A stretch of DNA of 64,000 nt. It comes from Candidatus Latescibacterota bacterium (GTDB lineage Bacteria > Latescibacterota > UBA2968). The stretch spans positions 608,001 through 672,000 of the forward strand of contig OZ242311.1 in assembly GCA_965207885.1 (NCBI GenBank), in the 5' to 3' direction. The notes under the pieces are model-generated. The model worked only from the letters and a program-made list of their open reading frames with translations, was not told the origin of the DNA and did no database searches. The translations under genes and the position numbers were made by a program. Positions 27,847-38,491 of the stretch are shown in pieces (within the stretch, counting starts at the first letter, position 1; each line of letters starts with the position of its first letter).

Positions 27847-28830
27847 TTATTGGTTGTTGTCTTCGTCTTCTTCGGTTTCACCAGCGATGCCTTCGCGCAT
27901 TTGCGTGTCGGCTTCGATGTTGCGCATGCGGTAGTAGTCCATAATGCCCATGTTGCCACTGCGAAATGCGTCGGACATTGCGAGGGGTACTTCGGCTTCG
28001 GCTTCGACGACGCGGGCGCGCATTTCTTCAACGCGGGCTGCCATTTCTTGTTCTAGTGCAACGGCCATTGCTCTGCGTTCTTCGGCGCGCGCCTGTGCGA
28101 TGTTTTTGTCGGCTTCGGCCTGGTCTGTCTGGAGTTTTGCACCGATGTTGTCGCCCACATCCACGTCGGCGATGTCGATGGAGAGGATTTCGTAGGCGGT
28201 GCCCGAGTCGAGGCCCTTGTCCAGTACGGTTTTGGAGATCATGTCGGGATTTTCGAGTACGTCTTTGTGGGTTTCCGAGGAGCCGATGGTGGTGACGATG
28301 CCTTCGCCTACGCGGGCCATGATGGTTTCTTCACCTGCGCCACCGACCAGGCGTTCTATGTTGGCGCGAACCGTGACGCGAGAGGTGGCTTTGACCTGTA
28401 TGCCGTCTTTGGCAACGGCGGTGACCATGGGGGTGGAGATGACTTTGGGGTTGACGCTGACCTGTACGGCTTCGAGGACGTCGCGCCCAGCAAGGTCGAT
28501 GGCGGCGGCGCGTTCGCCGGTCAGACCAATGCCAGCTTTGTCTGCGGCGATGAGGGCGTTGACGACATTTTCGACATGACCCCCGGCGAGGAAGTGGGCT
28601 TCGAGAAATGCAGTGGGTATGTCGAGACCCGCTTTGGTTGCGTTGATTTGCGAGCCGAGGATGATGCGCGGGGGTACGCGACGCAAGCGCATGCCGACGA
28701 GTTCGATGATGCCGATGCGCACGCGCGCGGCAAGGGCGGAGATCCAGAGTCCGACGGGAATGAAGTAGAAAAAGAGGGAGAGTAGCAGAATGCCACCTAC
28801 AACAAAGAGGAGGAGGATAATAGCGTCCAT
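27847..28830 (-). CDS. floA: Flotillin-like protein FloA (YqfA)
   Basis: [38 protein letters not shown]. Confidence 0.95.
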   Translation of the reverse strand: MDAIILLLFVVGGILLLSLFFYFIPVGLWISALAARVRIGIIELVGMRLRRVPPRIILGSQINATKAGLDIPTAFLEAHFLAGGHVENVVNALIAADKAGIGLTGERAAAIDLAGRDVLEAVQVSVNPKVISTPMVTAVAKDGIQVKATSRVTVRANIERLVGGAGEETIMARVGEGIVTTIGSSETHKDVLENPDMISKTVLDKGLDSGTAYEILSIDIADVDVGDNIGAKLQTDQAEADKNIAQARAEERRAMAVALEQEMAARVEEMRARVVEAEAEVPLAMSDAFRSGNMGIMDYYRMRNIEADTQMREGIAGETEEDEDNNQ

Positions 28831-28856
28831 GAAAAGCTCCTTAAAAATGGTCGGTC

Positions 28857-30194
28857 TTATGTGTCTTCTGTTTTTCGCACAATGACGCGACTGCCTTCGA
28901 TTTCGATGATTGTGACGGGTGTGTCTTTGGTTAAGTATTCTCCTTCGGTCGATACGCTGATGCGGCGACCGTCAAATACGCCGGTGCCGCCGGGGCGCAG
29001 GTCTGTAAATGCGATACCCGATGTGCCTAAGAGGTCGCTGTAGGGTGCCGCAACATATCCTTCGGAGGATTTTTCTTCGGTGTCGAGTACGAGGCGGTTC
29101 CACATTCTGGATTTTGGGAGGGAACGCAAAATGAGAATGGCGAGGACACCGGTGAGGATCACAGAGAGGAGCAAGGGGGTGAGCGCGGCGTTAATGTCGT
29201 CCCAGGTCCAGAGGTCATAGCGACCCATGAGGCTTAAAAATAGGCTGGTTAAGACCAGGATTGCGCCGGGAATGGCGAGGAGGCCAAAGCCCATGACAAA
29301 AAACAGGTCGAGGAGGATGAGGGCGATGCCGATCAGGAAGATGAGGATTTCAGACCAGTCGGCGAGGTTGACGAGCAGGTGGCTGCCGAAAAATAGGCCC
29401 AGGCAGATTAAGCCGATGGTGCCGCCGATGCCCCAGCCCGGGCTCTGGATTTCGAAGATCAGGCCCAGAAATCCCAGGGTCATGAGCAACGAGGCCAGGT
29501 AGGGGTTGGTGAGATAGCGCACGACTTGTTCGGCCCAGTTGGTCGATTGGTGGATGACGCTGGCCTGCACGAGGTCGTAGTATTTGAGTACGGCGATGAG
29601 TTTTTCCGATTCGTTTTTTTCGGCGATTTTGTGGTCGGCGATGTCGTTTTCAATAGCTTCTTCAGTGGTGAGGGTGAGTAGCTTGCCTTTGGGTGCCAGG
29701 CCCTCGACATTGACGTCTTCATCGACCATGGCTTCGGCCAGTTTGGAGGAGCGGCCGGTTTTTTCTGCTGTAGCTTTCATTTCGTTGCGGAAGTACGAGA
29801 TGATTTTTTCACTGGCTTTGTTGCCCTGCATATCAACGGCTGTGGCCGCGCCAATGGTTCCGCCTTCGACCATGATGATGTGGTCGGTAGATAGCGCGAT
29901 GAGGGCGCCTGCAGATATTGCGCGGGGGTTGATGAAGGCGATGGTTTTGGTTTCGCTGTAGAGGATGGCGTCCCGGATGGTGAGTGCGGCGTCGAGGGCA
30001 CCGCCAGGGGTGTCGATTTCAAAGATGACGGCTTTGACGCCCGCGTCTTCTGCGTCGTTCATGACGCGCGTGACAAAAGCTGCAACACCGCCTTCAATGG
30101 TGCCGTTGATTTTGGCGACGTGTACTTCTTCTGCCCGGGTGGGCAAACCGAGTCCCAGAAGGAGTACGAGGAATGTGAGTACGGGTTTCATCAA
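28857..30194 (-). CDS. nfeD: NfeD-family membrane serine protease (YqeZ-like)
   Basis: [25 protein letters not shown]-term DLRPGG OB fold. Confidence 0.92.
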   Translation of the reverse strand: MMKPVLTFLVLLLGLGLPTRAEEVHVAKINGTIEGGVAAFVTRVMNDAEDAGVKAVIFEIDTPGGALDAALTIRDAILYSETKTIAFINPRAISAGALIALSTDHIIMVEGGTIGAATAVDMQGNKASEKIISYFRNEMKATAEKTGRSSKLAEAMVDEDVNVEGLAPKGKLLTLTTEEAIENDIADHKIAEKNESEKLIAVLKYYDLVQASVIHQSTNWAEQVVRYLTNPYLASLLMTLGFLGLIFEIQSPGWGIGGTIGLICLGLFFGSHLLVNLADWSEILIFLIGIALILLDLFFVMGFGLLAIPGAILVLTSLFLSLMGRYDLWTWDDINAALTPLLLSVILTGVLAILILRSLPKSRMWNRLVLDTEEKSSEGYVAAPYSDLLGTSGIAFTDLRPGGTGVFDGRRISVSTEGEYLTKDTPVTIIEIEGSRVIVRKTEDT

Positions 30195-30346
30195 TAAGAT
30201 CCTCCAGAATATATTTTCATGAATACCTTATATTGAGGTGGTTGTCAATGGTTTTGAGGTTTGATGCGTGGTAAGGAGGATAGGTTGCAGATGGAGAGAG
30301 ATAGAAGGGCAATGGAAGCGCCCATCATCGCAGCAGGCTCCCGTTT

Positions 30347-30386
30347 GTCATCGCGGCAAGGTGTAAGCCGCGATCCAGAAGGTTTT
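30347..30386 (+). repeat. REP-like repeat copy
   Basis: gtcatcgcggc..gccgcgatccagaaggtttt. Confidence 0.8.
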
Positions 30387-30462
30387 GATCGCTGATCGCT
30401 TGTTTTGCCAATGCTTGACACTATAAGCGTTTTCCTGTATTTTTCTCGCCCTGATATCATGT

Positions 30463-30535
30463 GGCGGCATAGCTCAGCTGGTAGAGCAGTGGAATCATAA
30501 TCCATGGGTCGGGGGTTCGAGTCCCTCTGCCGCTA
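30463..30535 (+). tRNA. tRNA-Met(CAT), probably elongator
   Basis: GGCGGCATAGCTCAG...anticodon CAT...GGTTCGAGTCC; CCA not encoded. Confidence 0.93.
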
Positions 30536-30892
30536 CTACAAAAATCTTTTCGCTGAACTTTCTTCAAAGGTCGTAAGTTTTTGCTCCCTGAGCAACGCTT
30601 ACGGCCTTTTGTTTTGGCTCTGCCCAAGTTGCTTCACTGCGTAATAATCACAATAAAGGCTCTGTAAGCCCTAAGTACTCCACCAAAGCGGGGTAACTCC
30701 AGATGTGATGATGGAAGGCGAGTTTGAGGCCGATAATTTGGTTTTGATGCGAGATATTGTTGCAAGGTTGGGCGTGTCAGATGTTGCTGCTTTCGGCTTG
30801 ACGTGGGAAGAGGCCAGGTCAATGTTGGAAGCTCTTGGCTATCGCCCAAAGTTAGCGTTTGAAATGATTTAGCAATAGGCCACATTGCTACC

Positions 30893-30925
30893 TAAAAAGC
30901 CCGTCGGTTTTTCCGGCGGGCTTTG
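30893..30925. terminator. Terminator after serS
   Basis: aaaaagcccgtcgg-tttt-ccggcgggcttt. Confidence 0.75.
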
Positions 30926-30947
30926 TTTGTTTTTTGGCGGATGGGAA

Positions 30948-32231
30948 TTAATCCACGGGTTCAAAAATCTTTTTTCCCCCCAGATAGGATCTCAGGATTT
31001 CGGGGATAGTGACGCTGCCGTCACTGTTTTGATTTTGTTCGACGATTGCGGGGATGATGCGGCTGGTCGCCAGGCCCGAGGCGTTGAGGGTGTGTACGAG
31101 TTCGTTTTTGCCGGTTTCTGTGCGTTTGAATCGGATGCTGCCGCGTCTTGCCTGATAGTCGCTGGCATTGGATGCAGAGCTGACTTCTTTGTATTCGTTC
31201 ATGCTGGGGATCCAGACTTCAATGTCATAAGTTTTGGCCATGGATGCGCTGACGTCTTTTGCGGCGAGCATGGAGACGCGGTGATGCAGGCCCAGGTCCC
31301 GGGTGAGTTTTTCGGCTTTGTCGATGAGTTCTTCGAGCGCGTCTTCGGAATCTTCGGGGCGGGTGAATTGGAACATTTCGATTTTGTTGAATTGGTGACC
31401 GCGAATCATGCCCCTTTCCTGTGCCCGATAACTGCCGGCTTCTTTGCGATAACAGGGGGTGTAGGAGAAGAATTTTTTGGGCAGGTCTTGTTCGGGGATG
31501 ATTTCGTCCCGGTAGAAGTTGATCAATGCGGTTTCAGAGGTGGGCAAGAGGAATTGCACTTTGTCGTCGCCGGTTTTGAGGTGGAATACGTCGTCGGCAA
31601 ATTTGGGGAATTGTCCGGCGGTAAAGCCACATGCTTCGTTGAGTATGTGTGGGGGCAATACAAATTCGTAGCCGTCGTCAATGTGGCTGTCGATGAAGTA
31701 GTTGAGCAAGGCCCATTCGAGGTGTGCGCCGTCGCCGATGTAAAGCCAGAATCCGGTTCCGCCCATTTTGACGCCGCGTTCGTAGTCGATCAGGCGCAGA
31801 TGGGTGACGAGTTCGACGTGGTCCTGGGGATCAAAGTCGGGTGCGGGTTTTTCGCCCCAGGTGCGTACGACGCGGTTGTTTTCTTTGTCTCCGGGGGGTA
31901 CGTCGTCTGCGGGTATGTTGGGGAGGCTTTCGATAAATAGATGGATGTTTTGCTCGATTTCCGCGAGTTCGGTTTCAATGGTTTTGATGCGGTTCGAGAC
32001 GTCGCGCATTTCTGTTTGTATCTGGGCGATGTCTCCGCCCGCTTTTTTTATTTGGGGGATTTGGGCGGAGACGCTGTTGCGTTTTGCGCGTAGCTGTCCG
32101 GCTTCTGCGATGTGCGCGCGGCGCTTTTCATCCCAGACGAGCAGGTCCGTGAAGTCGATGTCGTCCATGCGTTTTTTTAATGCCCGGATGACGTATTCGG
32201 GGTTTTTGCGGATGAGGTTGATGTCGAGCAT
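30948..32231 (-). CDS. serS: Serine--tRNA ligase
   Basis: MLDINLIR, LLPTSE, CYRKEAG, HQFNKIE, EVSSASN, HTLNASGLA. Confidence 0.97.
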   Translation of the reverse strand: MLDINLIRKNPEYVIRALKKRMDDIDFTDLLVWDEKRRAHIAEAGQLRAKRNSVSAQIPQIKKAGGDIAQIQTEMRDVSNRIKTIETELAEIEQNIHLFIESLPNIPADDVPPGDKENNRVVRTWGEKPAPDFDPQDHVELVTHLRLIDYERGVKMGGTGFWLYIGDGAHLEWALLNYFIDSHIDDGYEFVLPPHILNEACGFTAGQFPKFADDVFHLKTGDDKVQFLLPTSETALINFYRDEIIPEQDLPKKFFSYTPCYRKEAGSYRAQERGMIRGHQFNKIEMFQFTRPEDSEDALEELIDKAEKLTRDLGLHHRVSMLAAKDVSASMAKTYDIEVWIPSMNEYKEVSSASNASDYQARRGSIRFKRTETGKNELVHTLNASGLATSRIIPAIVEQNQNSDGSVTIPEILRSYLGGKKIFEPVD

Positions 32232-32408
32232 GAAGGATTACTCCTGAAGAGAATAGGAAAAAATGTGCCAATTTGTTGGGTTACAGGTGGTCATTTTGAC
32301 CATAATGTTCCATTTTTGCCACATGAATTTTTCAGCTATATATGAGCGTTTTAGGATAAGTTCTGTAAAATCAGCTATTAAAAAAAATAATATGAAAAAT
32401 AATAAAAG

Positions 32409-32424
32409 TGGCACGGGATTTGCT
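32409..32424 (+). promoter_or_regulatory. Sigma-54 (-24/-12) promoter
   Basis: TGGCACGGGATTTGCT matches TGGCAC-N5-TTGC; AT-rich tract and palindromes upstream. Confidence 0.75.
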
Positions 32425-32472
32425 TATAGATAAAGGTAAAGAAAAACTGTCACCCATAGAAGGAGATATTCC

Positions 32473-32640
32473 ATGATGTGCATCGATCTGGAAAAACGCG
32501 ACCAAATGGCTTATCGCGCGCTGTTTTATGCGATTCACGGTGATGTTGACCGGTCTGAAAAAATTCGGACAGTGCTGCGCCAGGATCGCGAGACACGGGA
32601 ACGGGTTCCCGTTGCCACTCGTGAATTTGTTCCGGTTTAA
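32473..32640 (+). CDS. 55-aa small protein under a sigma-54 promoter
   Basis: SD AAGGAG; MMCIDLEKRDQMAYRALFYAIHGDVDRSEKIR...; below the ORF-track cutoff. Confidence 0.65.
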   Translation: MMCIDLEKRDQMAYRALFYAIHGDVDRSEKIRTVLRQDRETRERVPVATREFVPV

Positions 32641-33761
32641 ATGAGACCTCTTTGCTGTAGTGAGGCTTGCGCTTTTGCAAAGCCGTCTATGGCTTCGCGG
32701 TCTCGTCCCCATTCGACGAGTTCTTCCATGCCGTGTTGAAAACTGACACTGGGCTTTAAGCCCAGTGTTTTTTTTATGCGCGAGATGTCGGCAATGCTGT
32801 GGCGGGTGTCGCCCTGGCGATAGGTGCCGGGGATGTGGGGCGCGAGGTGTTCAGTGCCCAGGATATTGGACAGGGTCAAGGCGATGTGTTCAATGGATGT
32901 GCCGATTCCGCTGCCGACGTTGAAGGCCTGATAATCTCCTTCAGATTTTTCCATGGCGAGGATGTTGGCCCGTACGATGTCGTGGACGGAGATGAAGTCG
33001 CGCGATTGTTTGCCGTCTTCGTAGATGACGGGTCTTTTGTTGTTTTTGAGGCGGCTCATGAAGATGGCAGTGACACCCGTATAGGGGTTGGAGAGCGATT
33101 GCCGGGGTCCAAAGATGTTGAAGTAGCGCAGGGCTACTGAGGGTATTTTGTAGGCGCGACCTATGTTGAGGACCATGTCTTCTTGATGCGTTTTGGTTTG
33201 TGCGTAGATGGTGTGGCATAAGCGTTCGGTGTCTTCGGGTACAGGTGCTGGAAGCATGTCCTTTTTGCATACGGGACACTTGTGTTCCCAGTTGGCTCTT
33301 TTTAGCTGGTTTTCTGGACGGAGACCAGGGTGTTGTGGACCGTGTTCTGCACATGTGTAGCGGCCCTCGCCATAGCTGGTTTGCGAGGCTGCGACGATGA
33401 GTTTTTCAATGTTGTGTTTGTTGTTGACGAGGATGTCGAGCAGGTTCGCCGTGCCTCCGGTGTTGACGTCAACGTATTTTTTAATTTCGTATTGCGATTG
33501 TCCCACGCCAACGGCGGCGGCTTTGTGGAAGATGATTTCAATGCCTTGAAGGGCTTTTTTCAAGGCGTCGTAATCGCGGATGTCGGCCTGGATAAATTCG
33601 GCATGGGGGTTGGCGTAATCCGGCAATTCGCGGTTGGGGTGTACCTGTGGGTCCAGGTTGTCAAAGATGCGTACGCGGTGCCCGCGCTGTACGAGTTTAT
33701 CGACGAGGTAAGAGCCTACAAATCCCATGCCGCCGGTTACGAGGATGTTTTTGGTGGTCAT
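32637..33761 (-). CDS. NAD-dependent nucleotide-sugar epimerase/dehydratase
   Basis: TGGMGFVG, YAQTK, LRYFNIFGP. Confidence 0.92.
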   Translation of the reverse strand: MTTKNILVTGGMGFVGSYLVDKLVQRGHRVRIFDNLDPQVHPNRELPDYANPHAEFIQADIRDYDALKKALQGIEIIFHKAAAVGVGQSQYEIKKYVDVNTGGTANLLDILVNNKHNIEKLIVAASQTSYGEGRYTCAEHGPQHPGLRPENQLKRANWEHKCPVCKKDMLPAPVPEDTERLCHTIYAQTKTHQEDMVLNIGRAYKIPSVALRYFNIFGPRQSLSNPYTGVTAIFMSRLKNNKRPVIYEDGKQSRDFISVHDIVRANILAMEKSEGDYQAFNVGSGIGTSIEHIALTLSNILGTEHLAPHIPGTYRQGDTRHSIADISRIKKTLGLKPSVSFQHGMEELVEWGRDREAIDGFAKAQASLQQRGLI

Positions 33762-34691
33762 TTATTCAAGAATTTTTCGAATGTTGAATTTTTCATTGGG
33801 CTGTGGTCCCCGGGTCAGCATGTCGGCGAGCAGGCCCGTGCAGACGAATTGCACACCGAGTACGGTGAGAAAGACCCCGAGCATCAGGAGGGGATACCGG
33901 TATTGAATGGTGCCGGTTTGGAGCCATAGGGATGCGATGTATGCGTTGATGAGCATGCCTATGGTGCCAAAGATGAGGCCCACTGTGCCAAAGAGGTGGA
34001 GGGGACGGCCCATGTATTTGCCGATGTACATGACGGTGAGGAGGTCTAAAAATCCTTTGAGCAGGCGCCCCCAGCCGTATTTGGTTACGCCGTATTGTCG
34101 CGGGTGGTGCTGGACGGGAATTTCACCGATGCGATATCCTTCCATGTGGGCGAGTACGGGGATGTAGCGGTGGAGTTCGCCGAGTACGCGTATGTCTTTT
34201 GTGACTTCACTGCGATAGATTTTGAGGCCGCAGTTAAAGTCGTGTATGTCAATGCCCGATACAAAGCCCGTGACCCAGTTGAAGAATTTGGAGGGCAGGG
34301 TTTTGCCCAGTGGGTCAAAGCGTTTTTTCTTCCATCCAGAGACGAGGTCATAGCCTTCTTCGATTTTGGCCAGCAGGTTGGGGATTTCTGCCGGGTCGTC
34401 TTGCAGGTCGGCGTCCATGGTGATGATGTATGTGCCGCGTGCGCGTTGAAATCCAGCGGTATAAGCTGCGGCTTTGCCAAAGTTGCGTCGGAATTGGATG
34501 ACTTTGACTTCGGGGTAGGTGTTGTGCAGGTCTTCCAATACGGCGATTGACCCGTCGGTGCTGCCGTCGTCAATGAAGATGACTTCGTAGGTACGGTCCT
34601 GGGTGGCGAGCACGCCGCGGATTTGTTCCATGAGCGGGCGCAGGCTTTCTTCTTCGTTGAGCAGGGGTATGACGAGGCTGAGGTCGGGCAT
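33762..34691 (-). CDS. GT2 polyprenyl-phosphate glycosyltransferase (ArnC/DPM1-like)
   Basis: IDDGSTD, RNFGK, MDADLQDDP, two C-term TM helices. Confidence 0.92.
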   Translation of the reverse strand: MPDLSLVIPLLNEEESLRPLMEQIRGVLATQDRTYEVIFIDDGSTDGSIAVLEDLHNTYPEVKVIQFRRNFGKAAAYTAGFQRARGTYIITMDADLQDDPAEIPNLLAKIEEGYDLVSGWKKKRFDPLGKTLPSKFFNWVTGFVSGIDIHDFNCGLKIYRSEVTKDIRVLGELHRYIPVLAHMEGYRIGEIPVQHHPRQYGVTKYGWGRLLKGFLDLLTVMYIGKYMGRPLHLFGTVGLIFGTIGMLINAYIASLWLQTGTIQYRYPLLMLGVFLTVLGVQFVCTGLLADMLTRGPQPNEKFNIRKILE

Positions 34692-34778
34692 GGGGCGCGT
34701 GTTGTTGAGGTTAGAGGATTAGAGTTAAAAGACAAAGATAGCAAAGGGCGCGTTTTTTTACAAATGTGAATCGGGTGT

Positions 34779-36308
34779 TCATTTAAATTTTAAGACGTAG
34801 GTGTTGGGATTGCGTGCGATGTGGATGATTTTAAAGCGGTTTTCATGTGTCTGGATGGCGGGGACGAGAAATTCGGGTGTGGACTGATATCCAATCCGGT
34901 CGATGACGACGATGTCGATGTTTTTTTGTTCAAATTCGGCAATCACCTCATCTGGTGTTTTCCAGGCGTAGCCCGTGGCTTTGCGGTTGGCTATTGCGTT
35001 CATGAGATACGGCTTGCGGCAGGCGATTTTGACATCTGGATCGGTGTTGTCTTTAATCCATTCTGCAGCGGCAAAGTAAGTGTCCCAGTTGGGTGGTAAC
35101 CACCCGATGCGTTCGGCGAGATAGTTGGTCTCATAGATATTTGAGCCGAGGAGAAAGAGAAAAAAGAGTACGGTGCCCGCGCGCGAGGCGGTTTTTTTGA
35201 GTGCTCGGGCGAGAAGTCGGAGCAGTTCGTCCATGCTGGTGAGGATGGCGTAGAAGAGGATGGGTATGGCCGGGACGAGAAAGCGCGTGTCGGACCACGT
35301 ATCAGGCCAGAGGATGTAGAGGCCCAGATAGCAGGTGAGGTACACGATGAGCAAGTGCCGTTTTATGAGTCCGACGATCAGGGCGTATAGGATCAGGGCG
35401 GAGAAGAAGATTCCGACGCCGAAGAAAGAGTCGGTGTCGATAGAAAAGGGTAGCAAGATGTAGGGGATGACGAGTTGGCTGTAGAGTTCGAGATTTGCGA
35501 GGATGCGTTCGATCAGGGCGGTGAATGTGAGCATGCCCTCTTCCGGGCGATAGGGGTTTATGCTGAGTAGTTGTTCGATGTAGGGCGTGCCGCCGAGTGA
35601 TGCGTTGCGGATTTGATAGGGCAGGGCGAGGAGGACGCTGCCTATGGCGATGAGTCCCGCTTCTTTCCATTTTTTGTGCAGGGCAAAGAAGAAGATGCCG
35701 GTGCCGATGAGGATGAGTCCCGCGCTGCGAATGTAGTAGGCAGCGATTATGGCGATGATTGCAGGGGCGAGTGCGGATAGGGTATCGGACTTGTGTGCGC
35801 GGTGGAGGAGGAGGAGTGCTATGAGAGAAAATAGGAGAAAGGGGATTTCGGACATGACCTGGTGCGAGTAATCCAACAGGAGAGGGGAGGCGAGACATAG
35901 CGCGCTTACGCCGAGTGCCATGGGGGGACTGGCAAAGCGGCGGATGAGGAGATAGGTGAGGGGGATTGAGATGGCGTAGAGGAGGAGGACGAGGCTTTTG
36001 AGTGCGATGAGGTTGCTCGGAAAGATGATGTGGGTGATGGCGAGGAGGAGCGGAAATCCAAAGGGGTATTTGGTGTGTGGGATGGGTTCGCCTTCTATGG
36101 TTTCCGAGAGTCCATACCCATCGGCAAGGGATCGCCCCAGGTTGATGAATTGGGCATTGTCGCCAGTGAGGGATAGGTTGGCGTCGAAGAGGAGAATGCC
36201 CATGAACAAACCGCACAGGCCCAGCGCGGGCAAGAAATAGGGTTTGTTTTCGTGCTGCGCGAGGTTAAAGAGGGGAGAGGATGTCTTTTGTTGGCGTTTT
36301 TTGTTCAT
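34779..36308 (-). CDS. GT-C membrane glycosyltransferase (ArnT/PMT-like)
   Basis: GDNAQFI, YPFGFP, VMSEIPF, RFLVP; polytopic. Confidence 0.8.
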   Translation of the reverse strand: MNKKRQQKTSSPLFNLAQHENKPYFLPALGLCGLFMGILLFDANLSLTGDNAQFINLGRSLADGYGLSETIEGEPIPHTKYPFGFPLLLAITHIIFPSNLIALKSLVLLLYAISIPLTYLLIRRFASPPMALGVSALCLASPLLLDYSHQVMSEIPFLLFSLIALLLLHRAHKSDTLSALAPAIIAIIAAYYIRSAGLILIGTGIFFFALHKKWKEAGLIAIGSVLLALPYQIRNASLGGTPYIEQLLSINPYRPEEGMLTFTALIERILANLELYSQLVIPYILLPFSIDTDSFFGVGIFFSALILYALIVGLIKRHLLIVYLTCYLGLYILWPDTWSDTRFLVPAIPILFYAILTSMDELLRLLARALKKTASRAGTVLFFLFLLGSNIYETNYLAERIGWLPPNWDTYFAAAEWIKDNTDPDVKIACRKPYLMNAIANRKATGYAWKTPDEVIAEFEQKNIDIVVIDRIGYQSTPEFLVPAIQTHENRFKIIHIARNPNTYVLKFK

Positions 36309-36436
36309 GATAGGTAACTTTTTATTTGTTATTTTTATATAAAGCGTTTGATTGAGAATTCACAGGTTTTAGAATATGCTACCGGAAAATTCAATACCTA
36401 AAATTATTCACACGATTGGAAAAGGAGAATGCCGTT

Positions 36437-37516
36437 TTGAAAATTGCCATTACCGTTGAGGCACTAAAAAATGAATATTTCGCGGGGGTTGAGCAGTATA
36501 TCTCCAATCTCACTTACCAGCTTTTAAATCGTAGTGAGCTTGCTTTGACGCTTATTGCACCATCAGGTCTTCCTCATTCTCTTTTTCCTGCTCATACCCG
36601 TGTGATCTACCATGATCCGACTCTGGTATTGGGGAGCGGTCTTTTTTCGGCTGTTTTTTTTCCACCCAAAAATCTTTCAAATTTCGATCTGGTTCATTGT
36701 CCCACAGTGACTGCGCCATTTTTTTTTCGTCCCAATGCCAGGGTCGTTATGACCGTTCACGACCTGATTCCCCTTCTTTTTCCCAGGTGGCAGACTACCA
36801 GAAGGGTCCTTTATTTTAAATATTTTTTGAAGTATCGATTCCGGTTTGTGGATCGTTTTATTGCCGTTAGCAACACCACCAAACAGGATCTCATTGATCT
36901 CTTCGAGATACCTGATCACAAGATTGATGTGGTCTATGAAGGGGTTTCTGAGCGGTTTAGACCAATAGAAAAAAAAAGGGAAGACTTTATCCTAACTGTT
37001 GGTACTCTGGAGCCGAGAAAAAATTTCAAGAGAATCATTGAAGCCTATATCTCCCTTCGGACAGAAGAAAAGATCAGTGACAAACTGATTATTGTAGGAA
37101 AAAAAGGGTGGCTTTTCGACGATATTTTGGCCATTCCAGGAGCGTTCCAGGATGACATTATCTTCAAAGGCTATGTATCTGAAGATGAGTTGATTCGCCT
37201 ATTTCAGACCGCACGGTTTTTTATTTATCCTTCAATGTACGAAGGGTTCGGCCTTCCTATTCTCGAGGCCATGGCTTGTGGATGCCCTGTCATAACGAGT
37301 AATACATCGAGTATGCCCGAAGTGGCGGGCGACGCAGCCTCTCTCGTAGATCCTTACCGGATAGAAGAGATAAAGAACGCTATGTACACTCTGACAAATG
37401 ATGCAGGATTGTGTACTAAAATGAGTGCTGAAGGAATTCGCAGAGCTTCACAGTTTTCATGGCAGCGTGCCGCCGAGCAAACCTCTCAAGTGTATGAAGA
37501 GGTACTGGCTCTTTGA
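36437..37516 (+). CDS. GT4 glycosyltransferase, AT-rich and opposite to the cluster
   Basis: TVHDLIP, GTLEPRKN, YEGFGLPILEAMACG; TTG start after AAGGAG. Confidence 0.92.
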   Translation: MKIAITVEALKNEYFAGVEQYISNLTYQLLNRSELALTLIAPSGLPHSLFPAHTRVIYHDPTLVLGSGLFSAVFFPPKNLSNFDLVHCPTVTAPFFFRPNARVVMTVHDLIPLLFPRWQTTRRVLYFKYFLKYRFRFVDRFIAVSNTTKQDLIDLFEIPDHKIDVVYEGVSERFRPIEKKREDFILTVGTLEPRKNFKRIIEAYISLRTEEKISDKLIIVGKKGWLFDDILAIPGAFQDDIIFKGYVSEDELIRLFQTARFFIYPSMYEGFGLPILEAMACGCPVITSNTSSMPEVAGDAASLVDPYRIEEIKNAMYTLTNDAGLCTKMSAEGIRRASQFSWQRAAEQTSQVYEEVLAL

Positions 37517-37521
37517 ACGCC

Positions 37522-38475
37522 CTATGATACGCTATTAAAAAATTCTTCATACTGCGATGCCACGAGCCGGTGATCGCATTTGGCCAGTACGTTTTCGCGC
37601 GCTTTGCGGCCTATTTTCGGGTTGACGGGTGTGCTGGTGAGTTGGAGTATTTGTTTGGCAAAGGCGTCGGTGTCGTAACGGGGAATGAGGTACCCGCTTT
37701 TTCCGTGTTCTATGACTTCGTGCAGGGATGGGAGATCAAATGCGACGATGTTGCGCCCGAGTGCCATTGCGCCCAATAGCGAGTGCGGGATGAGGTTGAA
37801 GGTGGTGGTGATTACGACGCACCGCGCTCTGGCCTGGTAGTCGGGCATTTCGTTTTGGGGGAGGGCGCGTTTGGAGACATTGGGATAGTTGTTAGGGTCG
37901 ATTTCGGGATTGACGCCCAGGAATTCGAAGTGTACTTCGGGGTCTTGTTCATAGACTTTGTGCATGATGGGTTCCAGGTATTCCCATCCCATGATGTCGC
38001 GCGATGCAAAGTGATTGCCCACGCATAAGACGCGCTTGGGGTCGGGGTCTTCTTCTCTTAAGGTGAAGATGTCGGCATCGACCGGACAGTACATGACTGC
38101 TGAGTCTATGTTCCAGCGTTTCAGGAGATATTCGCGGCCCCATTCGCATACGCTGACTTGATGTGCGAATTTGTAAACGGTTCCCGCAAATCGCTTGATT
38201 GACGGAATCCACCAGTGGGTGAGTACTATGGGAATACCGGGGCGGAATTTTTTCCATTTGTACAAAAAGGCCTGTCCCACGTCCTGCGTTGAGCCGACCC
38301 ATAAGACATCGGGATTTTTCGGCCATTCGCGTTTGACGCCCTGGGCTACTGGTGCGCGTGTTTCATCCCATTTTCCAACGCCTTCGGTGAGATAGATTTC
38401 ATGTCCGCGTGCAACCCATTCGCGCAACAAACTTTCCTGTACGCCTTCATGGCAGGCATAGACCTGGATTTTCAT
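37522..38475 (-). CDS. GT4 glycosyltransferase
   Basis: LLGAMALG..VAFD..EVIEHGKSG. Confidence 0.8.
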   Translation of the reverse strand: MKIQVYACHEGVQESLLREWVARGHEIYLTEGVGKWDETRAPVAQGVKREWPKNPDVLWVGSTQDVGQAFLYKWKKFRPGIPIVLTHWWIPSIKRFAGTVYKFAHQVSVCEWGREYLLKRWNIDSAVMYCPVDADIFTLREEDPDPKRVLCVGNHFASRDIMGWEYLEPIMHKVYEQDPEVHFEFLGVNPEIDPNNYPNVSKRALPQNEMPDYQARARCVVITTTFNLIPHSLLGAMALGRNIVAFDLPSLHEVIEHGKSGYLIPRYDTDAFAKQILQLTSTPVNPKIGRKARENVLAKCDHRLVASQYEEFFNSVS

Positions 38476-38491
38476 AATAAAGTTCTCCGGA

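Noticed and set aside
30660-30885. ORF-like fragments after tRNA-Met
   Set aside because: Short, with no recognisable motif or clear start; probably a remnant.
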